Position numbers and translations under genes: made by a program. The notes below the pieces were generated by a model, which was given only the letters and a program-made list of their open reading frames with translations, was not told where the DNA came from and ran no database searches. A stretch of 64,000 nt of DNA from Candidatus Yonathbacteria bacterium (GTDB taxonomy: Bacteria; Patescibacteriota; Minisyncoccia; Phycocordibacterales; JACNGX01): positions 203,769-267,768 of the forward strand of contig JAAXWR010000001.1 of assembly GCA_013334825.1 (NCBI GenBank). Reading direction: 5' to 3'. Below are positions 31,923-41,281 of this stretch, one piece after another (within the stretch, counting starts at the first letter, position 1; each line of letters begins with the position of its first letter).

Positions 31923-33452
31923 ATGCCACGAAAATCTATGAACGACATCCGAACGACGCGTAATGTTCGGATGAAAAAAACATCATCTGTGCATTCTGAG
32001 ACAGAGTCTGCTTCTCCCAAAGAGCATACCTCATTTGATGTTCGTTCGTCACACGAAGAATCTCCAAAGAATAGTGAATTTTTCGCATATGTAAAAGAAG
32101 GGAAAAAACGCACACCTTCATCCTTGCGTTCTCATGCTCCGCGTAAAGCACCCGTTTCTCCACGAAAACGTTCTCTTGTTGATGTCTCAGATGTGGACGC
32201 TATTGATAAAGAAGACGCGACAGTCTCTGAGAGTATGTCTCGTCCTTCTGCTCCTCAGCCGATTGAGTGGACTCGTCCAGGTGTGCGAACATCAGGAGGA
32301 AAAGGTATTTGGTGGATTGCGGCTGTTGCAGTATTTGTTTTTGTTATTATGTTGATGAATGTGTTTGCGGGGGCGACAGTTACCCTTGTTCCCAAGCAGG
32401 AAAATACATTTATTGAGGGAAACTTTACTGCTATGCGTGGGGGAAGTGCAGATAGTCAAGATTCGATTGGATTTGAAGTGATGGATGTTGTCGCAGAAGA
32501 ATCTATTGAAATCCTCGCAACAGAAGAACGTGAGTCTGAGCGTCGCGCGTCTGGAACAATCGTCATTTACAATACATATAGTACAAACGAGCAACGGCTT
32601 GTGAAAAAAACACGTTTTGAGGATCCCGCGGGACATATTTATCGTATCAATGAATCTGTTGTGATACCAGGTATGCGTACCGAAGGAGGAGAAACGATTC
32701 CAGGTTCTGTCGAAGTAACCGTTTCTGCTGATGAACCAGGAACTGATTTTAATATTGCACTTGTTGATTTTACTATTCCTGGATTTAAAGGTTCTCCTCA
32801 ATACGACAAGATGTATGCACGTTCAAAGACGCCGATGACAGGAGGATTTGTTGGACTTGAAAAGGTTGCTTCTGAATCTGAAGTAATCGCAGCACAACAA
32901 GAATTGGAAAAGAAACTTTCCGAAAAACTTTTATCTGACGCACGGAGTCAGACACCAGCAGGATCAATTCTTGCAGAATATGCGACAACACATACATTTG
33001 AACATCTTGACCCTGTTCCATCCGATGATAATAAAAATGTTATCGTTACCGTTCGCGGCACACTCCATGCAATGGTATTTGATGGGGGAGAAATGGCACG
33101 ATTTATCGCTCGTCGATCTGTCGCATCTTATGATGATAAAGATGTCTATTTTTCGGATGTATCAAAACTTTCAATAGGTATCGTTCCTGAGGAAAATGGA
33201 GAAGCTGTGATTGATGATACTGTTACCATATCTCTCGGAGGTACACCACACATTGTATGGACTGTTGATAAGAAAGAAGTCCTGTCGGCAATTGTTGGGC
33301 GTTCCAAAAAGGAGTTTGATGAGACGATGAAGAAGTTTCCCGCCATTGCGTCCGCGCAGGCATCAATGCACCCATTTTGGAAAGGGGAGTTTCCTGAAGA
33401 CGCGAAAGATATCTCTGTTGTGCAAATTGTTGATGGAAAAGAAGTGAAGTGA
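31923..33452 (+). CDS. bitopic membrane protein: disordered basic/Ser-Pro-rich cytoplasmic N-terminus, one TM, large extracytoplasmic domain
   Basis: TM at IWWIAAVAVFVFVIMLMNVFAG (~aa 137-158). 509 aa. No recognised domain. Confidence 0.5.
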   Translation: MPRKSMNDIRTTRNVRMKKTSSVHSETESASPKEHTSFDVRSSHEESPKNSEFFAYVKEGKKRTPSSLRSHAPRKAPVSPRKRSLVDVSDVDAIDKEDATVSESMSRPSAPQPIEWTRPGVRTSGGKGIWWIAAVAVFVFVIMLMNVFAGATVTLVPKQENTFIEGNFTAMRGGSADSQDSIGFEVMDVVAEESIEILATEERESERRASGTIVIYNTYSTNEQRLVKKTRFEDPAGHIYRINESVVIPGMRTEGGETIPGSVEVTVSADEPGTDFNIALVDFTIPGFKGSPQYDKMYARSKTPMTGGFVGLEKVASESEVIAAQQELEKKLSEKLLSDARSQTPAGSILAEYATTHTFEHLDPVPSDDNKNVIVTVRGTLHAMVFDGGEMARFIARRSVASYDDKDVYFSDVSKLSIGIVPEENGEAVIDDTVTISLGGTPHIVWTVDKKEVLSAIVGRSKKEFDETMKKFPAIASAQASMHPFWKGEFPEDAKDISVVQIVDGKEVK

Positions 33453-33454
33453 AT

Positions 33455-33870
33455 GTAGGAAATAGGTGAGAGGTGATAGGCACGAATGCTCGAATCAAGC
33501 GTGCCCTGCACCCTACATGGCGTGCTGTGCATCCTACGTGGTGCACAGTGCAGGGAATCACGAAGTACGAAGCAAGAATACGAAAGATGAATTAAGAAAT
33601 ATGAACGTAGGAAATAGGTGAGAGGTGATAGGTTATAGAGACGGACGAGATGAAAGGTTACGAAATACGAACTTGTACACCTGCCCCGTACCCTACGTGG
33701 CGTGCTGTGCATCCATGTGGCTTGCTGTGCATCCCACGTGGTGCACAGTGCAGGGTGCTGGGGAATCTACGAATGATATATAACACGTGTGGAAGAGACT
33801 TTTTATTCGTATATTCGTGCGTATTCGTTATTCGTAAGCACTCGTTATTCGTAAGCGTTCTCGTAACTCA
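33455..33870. repeat. mosaic intergenic repeat R3
   Basis: Two copies of gtaggaaataggtgagaggtgatagg and cc(c)tgcaccctacgtggcgtgctgtgcatcc...cacgtggtgcacagtgcaggg inverted repeats, plus ggttacgaaatacgaacttgtac. ORF 33146..33712(-) is an artefact. Confidence 0.8.
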
Positions 33871-33947
33871 GTAACGTCTGTCATCCCGAACATGATGTTA
33901 GGTATGGGTCCGAAGACGCCACTCTGTATTGTGGTATAAAAAAACAT

Positions 33948-34030
33948 CCCCCCGGCTAAGCACCGGGAGGGATGAAAGTGCGAGGTCCCCCTCCTCGCAC
34001 TGAGCTCCGCGGGAGCGGAGCGATTCAAAT
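33948..34030 (+). other. three consecutive GC-rich hairpins upstream of infA
   Basis: catccc-cccggctaagcaccggga-gggatg; agtgcgagg-tccccc-cctcgcact; gctccgc-ggga-gcggagc. Confidence 0.4.
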
Positions 34031-34132
34031 TCGTACAATGTCTACCCAGCATCATACACGAGCCAGTGGTGGTGTCAAGCGCACAAATGCTTGCATTCTT
34101 TTCGTGTCTCTGGTATGATATGCGTCATTGTA

Positions 34133-34354
34133 ATGTCGAAAGACGAAATACAAAAGGATCAGACAGTCATCGCCGTTGTGGACGAGTCTTTGCCGAATGC
34201 GGAATTCCGTATTGCCTTTGAAAACGGGGATACGGGCATTGCCTACCTTTCGGGAAAAATGCGGTTGCACCGCATCAAGGTGCTTGTCGGTGACAAAGTG
34301 CAAGTCGTCGTAGATCCGTACGGCGGTAAAGGACGCATTATGCGTCGTCTTTAA
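34133..34354 (+). CDS. infA: translation initiation factor IF-1
   Basis: AEFRIAFENGDTGIAYLSGKMRLHRIKVLVGDKVQVVVDPYGGKGRI. Confidence 0.85.
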   Translation: MSKDEIQKDQTVIAVVDESLPNAEFRIAFENGDTGIAYLSGKMRLHRIKVLVGDKVQVVVDPYGGKGRIMRRL

Positions 34355-34378
34355 ACGGATATTCATCATTCATCATTT

Positions 34379-34492
34379 ATGAAGGTCAAATCCTCGGTCA
34401 AAAAAGTATGCGCAAAATGCAAATCGATCCGTCGCAAGGGTCGTATCTGTGTTGTGTGTGAAAATCCGCGCCACAAACAGCGCCAAGGCTAA
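34379..34492 (+). CDS. rpmJ: 50S ribosomal protein L36
   Basis: [37 protein letters not shown] (37 aa). Below the ORF-track length cutoff. Confidence 0.85.
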   Translation: MKVKSSVKKVCAKCKSIRRKGRICVVCENPRHKQRQG

Positions 34493-34533
34493 TATATTCA
34501 TCCTTTTCTTACTAACCTCCTCATTTACTATTT

Positions 34534-34911
34534 ATGCGTATCGCAGGTATCACTATCCCAGAGAATAAGCGTATCGAAATCGGACTTACCGCCGTGTATG
34601 GTATTGGTCGTCCGCTCGCACACGTCATTCTTGATGAAGCAAAAGTCGCCTACGACAAAAAACCAAAAGATATCACACCAGAACAAGAAAATATCATCCG
34701 TGAAATCGTTACTCGTCTTGCGACAGAAGGAGACTTGAAACGAGAAGTTGCGGGAAATATCAAACGTCTCAAGGATATCCAGTCGTATCGCGGAAGTCGT
34801 CACGCAAAAAGCCTTCCTTCACGTGGACAGCGCACCAAAACAAATGCGCGCACGCGTAAAGGTCCACGCAAGACGATGGGTTCCGGAAAGAAGAAGGTGG
34901 AAAAGAAGTAA
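34534..34911 (+). CDS. rpsM: 30S ribosomal protein S13
   Basis: MRIAGITIPENKRIEIGLTAVYGIGR... Confidence 0.9.
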   Translation: MRIAGITIPENKRIEIGLTAVYGIGRPLAHVILDEAKVAYDKKPKDITPEQENIIREIVTRLATEGDLKREVAGNIKRLKDIQSYRGSRHAKSLPSRGQRTKTNARTRKGPRKTMGSGKKKVEKK

Positions 34912-35024
34912 TCCTTGTATATTCCCGCTTTCCGTGGTACCATCCTGAAACCGTGCATATGAGATGCATGCAGACCACATTACCAGCATTTTTCATTCGA
35001 TACCCAGTATCATTTTAAGTTCCT

Positions 35025-35459
35025 ATGGGCAAGAAACGTGTAGCACAAAAGAAAGGCGCAGGCATGGACCAAGGACTTCGTTCTCGTTCATTGTCTCGTG
35101 TCCCCAAGAAAAAGGTCGCCACAGGTGTTCTTCATGTTGAGGCGACATACAACAATACGCGTTTGACACTTACCGATCAATCGGGCAAAGTGCTTGCGTG
35201 GTCATCGTCTGGTTCTCTCGGATTTAAGGGTGCCAAAAAGGGAACACCCTTTGCGGCAGCAAAAATCGGTGAAGTACTCGGTGAAAAAGCTGGCATCATG
35301 GGTATGCGTGAAGTGTCTGTTGTTGTGAAGGGTGTCGGTATGGGTCGTGAAGCAGGTATCCGCGCCTTTACAGCCAAAGGAATTGACATCACAACAATTT
35401 CCGACCGTACACCTGTTCCACACAATGGTCCGAAGCCCCGTAAACCTCGTCGCGTCTAA
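35025..35459 (+). CDS. rpsK: 30S ribosomal protein S11
   Basis: ...GFKGAKKGTPFAAA...ITDRTPVPHNGPKPRKPRRV. Confidence 0.9.
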   Translation: MGKKRVAQKKGAGMDQGLRSRSLSRVPKKKVATGVLHVEATYNNTRLTLTDQSGKVLAWSSSGSLGFKGAKKGTPFAAAKIGEVLGEKAGIMGMREVSVVVKGVGMGREAGIRAFTAKGIDITTISDRTPVPHNGPKPRKPRRV

Positions 35460-35485
35460 TCATTTTCTTATTATTACCACTCATT

Positions 35486-36115
35486 ATGTTGGATTCCAAG
35501 TGTAAAATCTGTCGTCGTGCAGGCGAAAAACTTTTCCTGAAAGGGGAGAAGTGCTACTCCGCAAAGTGTACGCTGAGCAAAAAGCCGTACCCACCGGGTC
35601 TTCTTCAATCTGAACGAAAGCACCGCTCAAACTTGACGGATTATGGACGTCAGATGAAAGAGAAGCAGAAAGCGCGCAATACGTACGGTCTTCGCGAGCG
35701 TCAGTTTTCGGGATACGTTGCTGAAGCGATGGAACGCACAGGAAGTCCGACGGAACTCCTCTATACATTCCTTGAATCACGTCTCGACAATACCGTGTTT
35801 CGTTCTGGATTTACATTGTCTCGTTCGCTTGCTCGCCAAATGGTTTCTCATGGTCATATCACGATCAACGGTCGCAAGATGGACATCCCGTCCTATCGTG
35901 TAAAGAAAGGCGATGTTATCGGTGTTCGTGAAGGAAGCAAAGGAAGTCCATTGTTTGCCGAACTTTCGGGAAAATTGGAAAAGCACACCGCCCCGACATG
36001 GATTGCCCTCGATGCCAAGAAATCCCAAGCGACAATTGTGGGTGTCCCCGCTGTTGTTGAAGCGACAGACGCGGGATTGGACTTGCAGGCCGTTATCGGA
36101 TATTACAGCCGATAA
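35486..36115 (+). CDS. rpsD: 30S ribosomal protein S4
   Basis: CKICRRAGEKLFLKGEKCYSAKC zinc-ribbon N-terminus and S4 domain. Confidence 0.9.
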   Translation: MLDSKCKICRRAGEKLFLKGEKCYSAKCTLSKKPYPPGLLQSERKHRSNLTDYGRQMKEKQKARNTYGLRERQFSGYVAEAMERTGSPTELLYTFLESRLDNTVFRSGFTLSRSLARQMVSHGHITINGRKMDIPSYRVKKGDVIGVREGSKGSPLFAELSGKLEKHTAPTWIALDAKKSQATIVGVPAVVEATDAGLDLQAVIGYYSR

Positions 36116-36204
36116 GGTCAGAGAAGCTTGAGAACGCTCGTTGCCCACAGGATATCGTTGCAGAAAAGTCCGTTTTATGTTATAAAGAAACGGCATATTT
36201 GCAA

Positions 36205-36262
36205 GCCGGACGCAACGCCTCCCCACAAGGGGGGGGGCGAGCGCACGTCTTTGTTTTTTATT
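36205..36262 (+). terminator. hairpin with G9 homopolymer followed by T-run between rpsD and rpoA
   Basis: cgcctcccc acaa ggggggggcg ...tctttgttttttatt. Confidence 0.45.
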
Positions 36263-36315
36263 ATAGGCGCGGGCAATGACCCGGATAGTTTCATTATCCC
36301 TTTTATCATACGCAT

Positions 36316-37281
36316 ATGCTTGATCACAGCGTTGTACTTCCTTCCCAGCCACGAGTCGTCTCTGAAGATGCCGTCAAAGGTATCTACGAAATCGACGGGC
36401 TGTATATCGGATATGGCCATACGCTTGGCAACTCTCTTCGCCGTATCATTTTATCATCCATCCCTGGATGGGCTGTTACGTCGGTCAAGATAGACGGTGT
36501 TCCGCACGAGTTCTCTACGATTGATGGTGTCAAAGAAGACATCATCACACTCCTTCTCAATCTTAAACGCGTTCGTTTTGTTGCCGAAGGTAATGAAATG
36601 CAGACATTTACCTGTACGGTCAAAGGACCGAAAAAGGTTACCGCAGGAGACTTGAATGTTCCTGGTCAAGTACGTATTTTGAATCCAGAACAATATATTG
36701 CTGAAATTACCAGCAAAACAAATCTTGAAATGGAGATTACGCTTGAAAAAGGTTTGGGTTATGTCCCCAAGGAAGTACATCAACGTGGCAAGGTAGATAT
36801 TGGCACCATCGCGCTTGATGCATCCTTTACGCCGATTCGCCGTGCCAATTATGAAGTTGAAAACATGCGTGTCGGAGACAAGACGGATTACAACCGCCTT
36901 CGTATCGTTATCGAAACCGACGGTACACTCACTCCGCGTGAAGCACTTGAGTCATCCATTGACACCATGATTCGTCAGCTCAAGGCAGTTGTTGGTTTTA
37001 AAGAAGATGAACCAGAAGAAGAAGTTATTGTATCAAAGAAAGAAAAAGAAGTTGTTGCCGAAGAAGATACAGACACTGACGTACTCAAAACACGCATCGA
37101 GTCACTCGAAGAACTCTCTTCACGCACAGTCAATCTTCTTCTCAGTGCCAATATCCGCACTGTTGGTGGTCTTGTTCGCAAAAAGGGAGAAGACCTTCTG
37201 GACATCGAAGGACTTGGCGACAAGAGCGTGCAGGAAGTTCGTCGCGCACTTGGCAATTTTGGCTTGACGCTCAAGCAATAA
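36316..37281 (+). CDS. rpoA: DNA-directed RNA polymerase subunit alpha
   Basis: N-terminal dimerisation domain and C-terminal domain (…LEELSSRTVNLLLSANIRTVGGL...). Confidence 0.9.
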   Translation: MLDHSVVLPSQPRVVSEDAVKGIYEIDGLYIGYGHTLGNSLRRIILSSIPGWAVTSVKIDGVPHEFSTIDGVKEDIITLLLNLKRVRFVAEGNEMQTFTCTVKGPKKVTAGDLNVPGQVRILNPEQYIAEITSKTNLEMEITLEKGLGYVPKEVHQRGKVDIGTIALDASFTPIRRANYEVENMRVGDKTDYNRLRIVIETDGTLTPREALESSIDTMIRQLKAVVGFKEDEPEEEVIVSKKEKEVVAEEDTDTDVLKTRIESLEELSSRTVNLLLSANIRTVGGLVRKKGEDLLDIEGLGDKSVQEVRRALGNFGLTLKQ

Positions 37282-37317
37282 TCCGTACACTGTAAGGACC
37301 CACATTCATTCACTACT

Positions 37318-37668
37318 ATGAAGCACCACGACGCAAACAGAAAACTTGGACGTTCCCGCGACGGACGCCGCGCCCTTCTCAAGGGTCTTGCCGTATCGCT
37401 TATTCGCGATGGTAAAATCACCACAACTGAGGCGAAAGCCAAAGAACTCCGCCCGTTCGTGGAGAAGTTTATTACGCACGCCAAAAAGGGCGGTATGGTA
37501 TCGCGTCGTCTTCTTGTCGCGCGTCTTGGGTCTGAAATAGGAGCCGAGAAGCTTGTCAAAGATATTGCGCCACGCTATATGGACAGAGACGGCGGATATA
37601 CCCGTATCATCAAACTTGTCCCGCGCGCAAGTGATGCGAGCCCGATGGCAGTTATTGAATTTGTTTAA
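37318..37668 (+). CDS. rplQ: 50S ribosomal protein L17
   Basis: MKHHDANRKLGRSRDGRRALLKGLAVSLI... Confidence 0.9.
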   Translation: MKHHDANRKLGRSRDGRRALLKGLAVSLIRDGKITTTEAKAKELRPFVEKFITHAKKGGMVSRRLLVARLGSEIGAEKLVKDIAPRYMDRDGGYTRIIKLVPRASDASPMAVIEFV

Positions 37669-37695
37669 TCGTTATTATTATTTAGGTACGCAATC

Positions 37696-38040
37696 ATGGA
37701 ACACACGATCGACGCACAAGGAAAGAGTATGGGACGAGTCGCCACTGAGGCGGCGAGCATTCTCATGGGTAAGAACACAACGTCTTTTGCCCGTCATATC
37801 GCGCCCGACGTAACCGTGCGTATCGTAAACGCGTCCAAAGCCGCTGTTTCCGACAAGAAAAAGGGTGAAAAGGTATACACACGATATTCCGGATACCCAG
37901 GTGGACTCAAAGGAGAAACCCTGGCGCATTTATTGGGACGCAAGGGATATGCTGAAGCATTTCGCCGAGCAATCAAGGGTATGCTTCCCAAGAACAAGTT
38001 GCAACCTCTGATGTTGAAACGTCTCACCGTTGAAGAGTAA
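37696..38040 (+). CDS. rplM: 50S ribosomal protein L13 (short, 114 aa)
   Basis: ...GKSMGRVATEAASILMGKN...YTRYSGYPGGLK... Confidence 0.85.
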   Translation: MEHTIDAQGKSMGRVATEAASILMGKNTTSFARHIAPDVTVRIVNASKAAVSDKKKGEKVYTRYSGYPGGLKGETLAHLLGRKGYAEAFRRAIKGMLPKNKLQPLMLKRLTVEE

Positions 38041-38126
38041 TCGGTTACGAAGTACGAACTCATACGAATACGTACTTCATTCATTTTTTTAATTTCCTAA
38101 TCTCCTAATATATTAATCTCCTTACT

Positions 38127-38534
38127 ATGTCCGCAACTGCAACCACAAAGAAATACATTGAAGCCGTTGGACGTCGCAAAACGGCGATTGCTCGTGTGCG
38201 TATCACCGAAGGGGGAAATGGTTTTGTCGTGAATGAACGAGCATTGGCTGAATATTTCCCGACCGAGTCACTTCAAAATACCGCACTTGAAGCGCTTACT
38301 GTGACAAATCAAAAAGGCACGTTTGGCGTTTCGGCAAAGGTTGTCGGTGGTGGTGTGAGCGCGCAAGCAGAAGCCATCCGTCACGCATTGGCACGTTCTC
38401 TTGTGAAGTATGATGAAGAGCTTCGCAAAGAATTGAAACCTGTTGGATTTATGAAGCGTGATCCACGCAGTGTGGAACGCAAAAAATTCGGACTCAAGAA
38501 AGCACGCCGTGCTTCCCAGTGGTCTAAACGCTAA
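38127..38534 (+). CDS. rpsI: 30S ribosomal protein S9
   Basis: ...GGGVSAQAEAIRHALARSL...KKARRASQWSKR. Confidence 0.9.
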   Translation: MSATATTKKYIEAVGRRKTAIARVRITEGGNGFVVNERALAEYFPTESLQNTALEALTVTNQKGTFGVSAKVVGGGVSAQAEAIRHALARSLVKYDEELRKELKPVGFMKRDPRSVERKKFGLKKARRASQWSKR

Positions 38535-38542
38535 TTTCTATA

Positions 38543-38582
38543 CAACACACAACACCACCTTCGGGTGGTGTTGTGTGTTGTA
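38543..38582 (+). terminator. strong hairpin terminator after rpsI
   Basis: acaacacacaacaccaccttcgggtggtgttgtgtgttgt. Confidence 0.7.
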
Positions 38583-38679
38583 TATATGGCACAGTGTATG
38601 TATTATCGCTTTTTCTCCAAAAGGTAAGTTTGGTGAGGGTGTGCGTCCTACATTCAAGCTTGAACTCGGGCGTAATGTA

Positions 38680-38708
38680 TTGACTTTTTATGCTACATAT
38701 GCTATGAT
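38680..38708 (+). promoter_or_regulatory. sigma70-type promoter (TTGACT-17-TATGAT)
   Basis: ttgact ttttatgctacatatgc tatgat. 49 nt upstream of the 38757 ATG. Confidence 0.55.
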
Positions 38709-38756
38709 ATACAGAGAGTAAAATATTCAAAAAAGAAAACATCAAAACATCAAAAA

Positions 38757-38930
38757 ATGAAAAAGATAATTGTTGTAAAACGGTCTAACGGTGGTTACTT
38801 TGCCTACGTGGCGAGTGACAATAACATCTTCGCCTCCGGCGTCTCTCCGTACGAGGCAGTGGGGGCGTTGGTCGACGCATACCCCACGATTTTCCAGGTT
38901 GAGGAGGTTGTACTCCCCGATGACCGTTAG
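38757..38930 (+). CDS. small (57 aa) higher-GC protein, HicB/UPF0150-like fold suspected
   Basis: MKKIIVVKRSNGGYFAYVASDNNIFASGVSPYEAVGALVDAY.... Own promoter; terminator hairpin 38945-38975. No HicA partner adjacent. Confidence 0.3.
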   Translation: MKKIIVVKRSNGGYFAYVASDNNIFASGVSPYEAVGALVDAYPTIFQVEEVVLPDDR

Positions 38931-39279
38931 TCAACCTTCTTTTGTACACAAAAGCGCCCCCAAGGGCGCTTTTACTTATGGTAGAAGCAAAAGACTGCCA
39001 CCATAAAACCCCACAGTGAAATTCGTCCGGCTCAAAAACTTATATAAAACTGAGGTTTTGTATAGTATAACGATACTATGGACATAATTATAGATATATG
39101 CTATAATATGTAAATATTATCTTGTCCTTTTTAATAAAATCAAAGCAATAACTTCTCGAGTTCCAACATGAGTAGCACAGTGGACGTTGCTGGAATGTTC
39201 AGTGTGCTGCCCATGTCGGGTATGCTCTGGTGCGGGGAACGCACATCATCACGCCGCAGGGCGTAAAACGGAGAATATT

Positions 39280-40005
39280 ATGGAAATCAAGATGCGTCGC
39301 AAGGGCGAAGTCATCACAAAAGACGGCTTTGAAAACCGTTCTGTTCCTACGGCTATTATGCCGCCGAATGGTCTGACCGGCATTGATCTTACCAGTTACT
39401 CTGTCATTTTCGCCACGTTTGGACGTGGTGGGTATGAAAAGGCAAAGGCGCTTCATGAAAAAGCTCCCGGAGCCATCGTCGTATACAAGTACGAGTGGCG
39501 CAACGGATGGGGCGAGGGAGTTCTCCTTCCCGAACGGTTCAATTCAAGCCGTGTACGCTTTTATAAGAGCGCCAAGCAGGCTCTTGCCGAAGAAAAGGAA
39601 GCCAAGAAAAATGCCATGGAGGCACTTCGGCGAGAGATAGCTGAGGCAATTCCGGGCATTATTGCACGGATGGCGTACACCAACGAAGCTGTGGAGATTC
39701 ATCCCAACCAGGAGGTGTACAGTAGTCGCAGTGCGTGGGTCGTATATGCGACTGCTCTTGAAGAAGCAAAAGAGGAGGTTGCAAAAATGCGCCCAATCTG
39801 GGAGGAGTGGAATGCGAGGGGACTTGAAGTATTCCATCGGCATTCCGAGAAAAAAAATCCTGGATATGGAAGTATTGCATTAATCATCGGAAACTCCGAG
39901 GACGAGGCCGAGATTAATGTCGATCACAACACCCAGGCGTGGGCGAGTCTCAGAAAAGAGGGAGAAAACTGGATTGAAGTTGGTTTTCGCGTACGTGGGT
40001 GTTGA
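39280..40005 (+). CDS. hypothetical protein (242 aa), higher GC than flanks
   Basis: ATG preceded by ggag. Ends 7 nt before terminator 40017-40043. No recognised family. Confidence 0.5.
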   Translation: MEIKMRRKGEVITKDGFENRSVPTAIMPPNGLTGIDLTSYSVIFATFGRGGYEKAKALHEKAPGAIVVYKYEWRNGWGEGVLLPERFNSSRVRFYKSAKQALAEEKEAKKNAMEALRREIAEAIPGIIARMAYTNEAVEIHPNQEVYSSRSAWVVYATALEEAKEEVAKMRPIWEEWNARGLEVFHRHSEKKNPGYGSIALIIGNSEDEAEINVDHNTQAWASLRKEGENWIEVGFRVRGC

Positions 40006-40016
40006 TAATTGTAAAT

Positions 40017-40043
40017 GGCGCCGGTTTCCCCGGCGCTTTTTTT
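40017..40043 (+). terminator. intrinsic terminator
   Basis: ggcgccggtttccccggcgcttttttt. Confidence 0.7.
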
Positions 40044-40278
40044 ATGCGTATTTCGCCCCCAAAACCCGTCTCGTAGGACTGAAGCGAAGGCTTCAAGAAC
40101 CATTGATTCGAATTAAGAATCAAGAATCATGAATTAAGAATGATGAAGTAAGGATGAGACGACGGCATCATGTGTTCATGGCTATAAGTATTTTGTTTGT
40201 ACGTATACTATTTTTATGCCCTTGTGGATACGCTTGTTTGATCCCAAGCCCTCATACTGTTAGAATGACTATATTAGG

Positions 40279-41268
40279 TTGTCTACTTTTTGTCTTATGA
40301 CTTTTACACAAAGAATGGAAAAAATACAAAAAGATTTCAATGTCAATGCAATTTATGCAAAGAATATTGTTTTGCGTATACAAGAGAAAAATGAGGAAAA
40401 TTTTTGGAAGCAAGTGAATATTGCAATAATGCAAAAGCCAAAACCGTTTGTAAAATGGGTTGGTGGGAAACGTCAACTACTTAAACAATTTCGAGATATG
40501 GGCCTGTACCCTCCCGTTGAGTTTAATCCCGAGAAGAACAGATATTTTGAACCTTTTGTTGGAGGTGGTGCAGTTTTTTTTGATTTATTGCCACAAAAAG
40601 CATTTCTTTCTGACATGAACAGTGAACTCATTACAACATATAACGTTATAAAGAATGATGTTGAAAAACTTATTATGTCTCTCAAGAAACATAAACATGA
40701 AAAAGAATATTATTATTCAATACGTGAGAAGGATCCTAGTACAATGACCGATGTGGCAGTCGCTTCAAGATTTATTTATCTAAATAGAACTGGATTTAAT
40801 GGAATGTATCGCGTGAATAAGTCTGGGAAATACAATGTTCCTTTTGGGAAAAACAAGAACCCACTTATTTGTGATGAGACGAATCTAAGAAGAGTATCAG
40901 AAACATTGAAGCATGTGGAAATTGCAAGAGACGATTATAAAAATGTTTTGAAAAAAGCAAAAAAAGGAGATTTTATTTATTTTGATCCCCCATATCATCC
41001 AGTGAACAAAACCGCAGCTTTTACTTCGTATACCCCTGACGGTTTTAGGGAAAAAGAACAAATCGAGTTGAGAGATACTTTTTTGAAACTTCACAAAAGA
41101 GGCTGTTTTGTTATGCTTTCAAACTCAGACGCACCGTTTATTAACAAGATATATTCTGAGGTAAAGAATGATGGAATAGCGATTCATAAAGTTCAAGCAG
41201 GAAGGGCTATTAATTCAAAAGGGAACAGACGAGGAAAGATTTTTGAGGTTTTAATTACTAATTATTAA
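40279..41268 (+). CDS. Dam-family DNA N6-adenine methyltransferase, DpnM/M.MboIA-like (GATC-type)
   Basis: KPFVKWVGGKRQLL, YFEPFVGGGAVFFDL, YLNRTGFNGMYRVN, FIYFDPPYHP motifs. Closely resembles S. pneumoniae DpnM by recall. Start may be at M-51 (40429). Low GC. Confidence 0.85.
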   Translation: MSTFCLMTFTQRMEKIQKDFNVNAIYAKNIVLRIQEKNEENFWKQVNIAIMQKPKPFVKWVGGKRQLLKQFRDMGLYPPVEFNPEKNRYFEPFVGGGAVFFDLLPQKAFLSDMNSELITTYNVIKNDVEKLIMSLKKHKHEKEYYYSIREKDPSTMTDVAVASRFIYLNRTGFNGMYRVNKSGKYNVPFGKNKNPLICDETNLRRVSETLKHVEIARDDYKNVLKKAKKGDFIYFDPPYHPVNKTAAFTSYTPDGFREKEQIELRDTFLKLHKRGCFVMLSNSDAPFINKIYSEVKNDGIAIHKVQAGRAINSKGNRRGKIFEVLITNY

Positions 41269-41281
41269 TCATCTAAAAATC

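Noticed and set aside
33900-34060. tRNA / SRP / tmRNA gene in the hairpin-rich region before infA
   Set aside because: No cloverleaf-compatible arrangement, no T-loop GTTCRANYC, and no SRP domain IV or tmRNA tag-reading-frame signatures were found by eye. Kept only as 'structured element'.
36128-36493. 121-aa ORF in the rpsD-rpoA intergenic region, overlapping the rpoA 5' end
   Set aside because: It overlaps rpoA in another frame and spans the terminator-like G9 hairpin. No RBS.
38458-38721. 87-aa ORF overlapping the rpsI 3' end and its terminator
   Set aside because: The frame runs through the strong rpsI terminator hairpin and promoter region. Non-protein-like composition.
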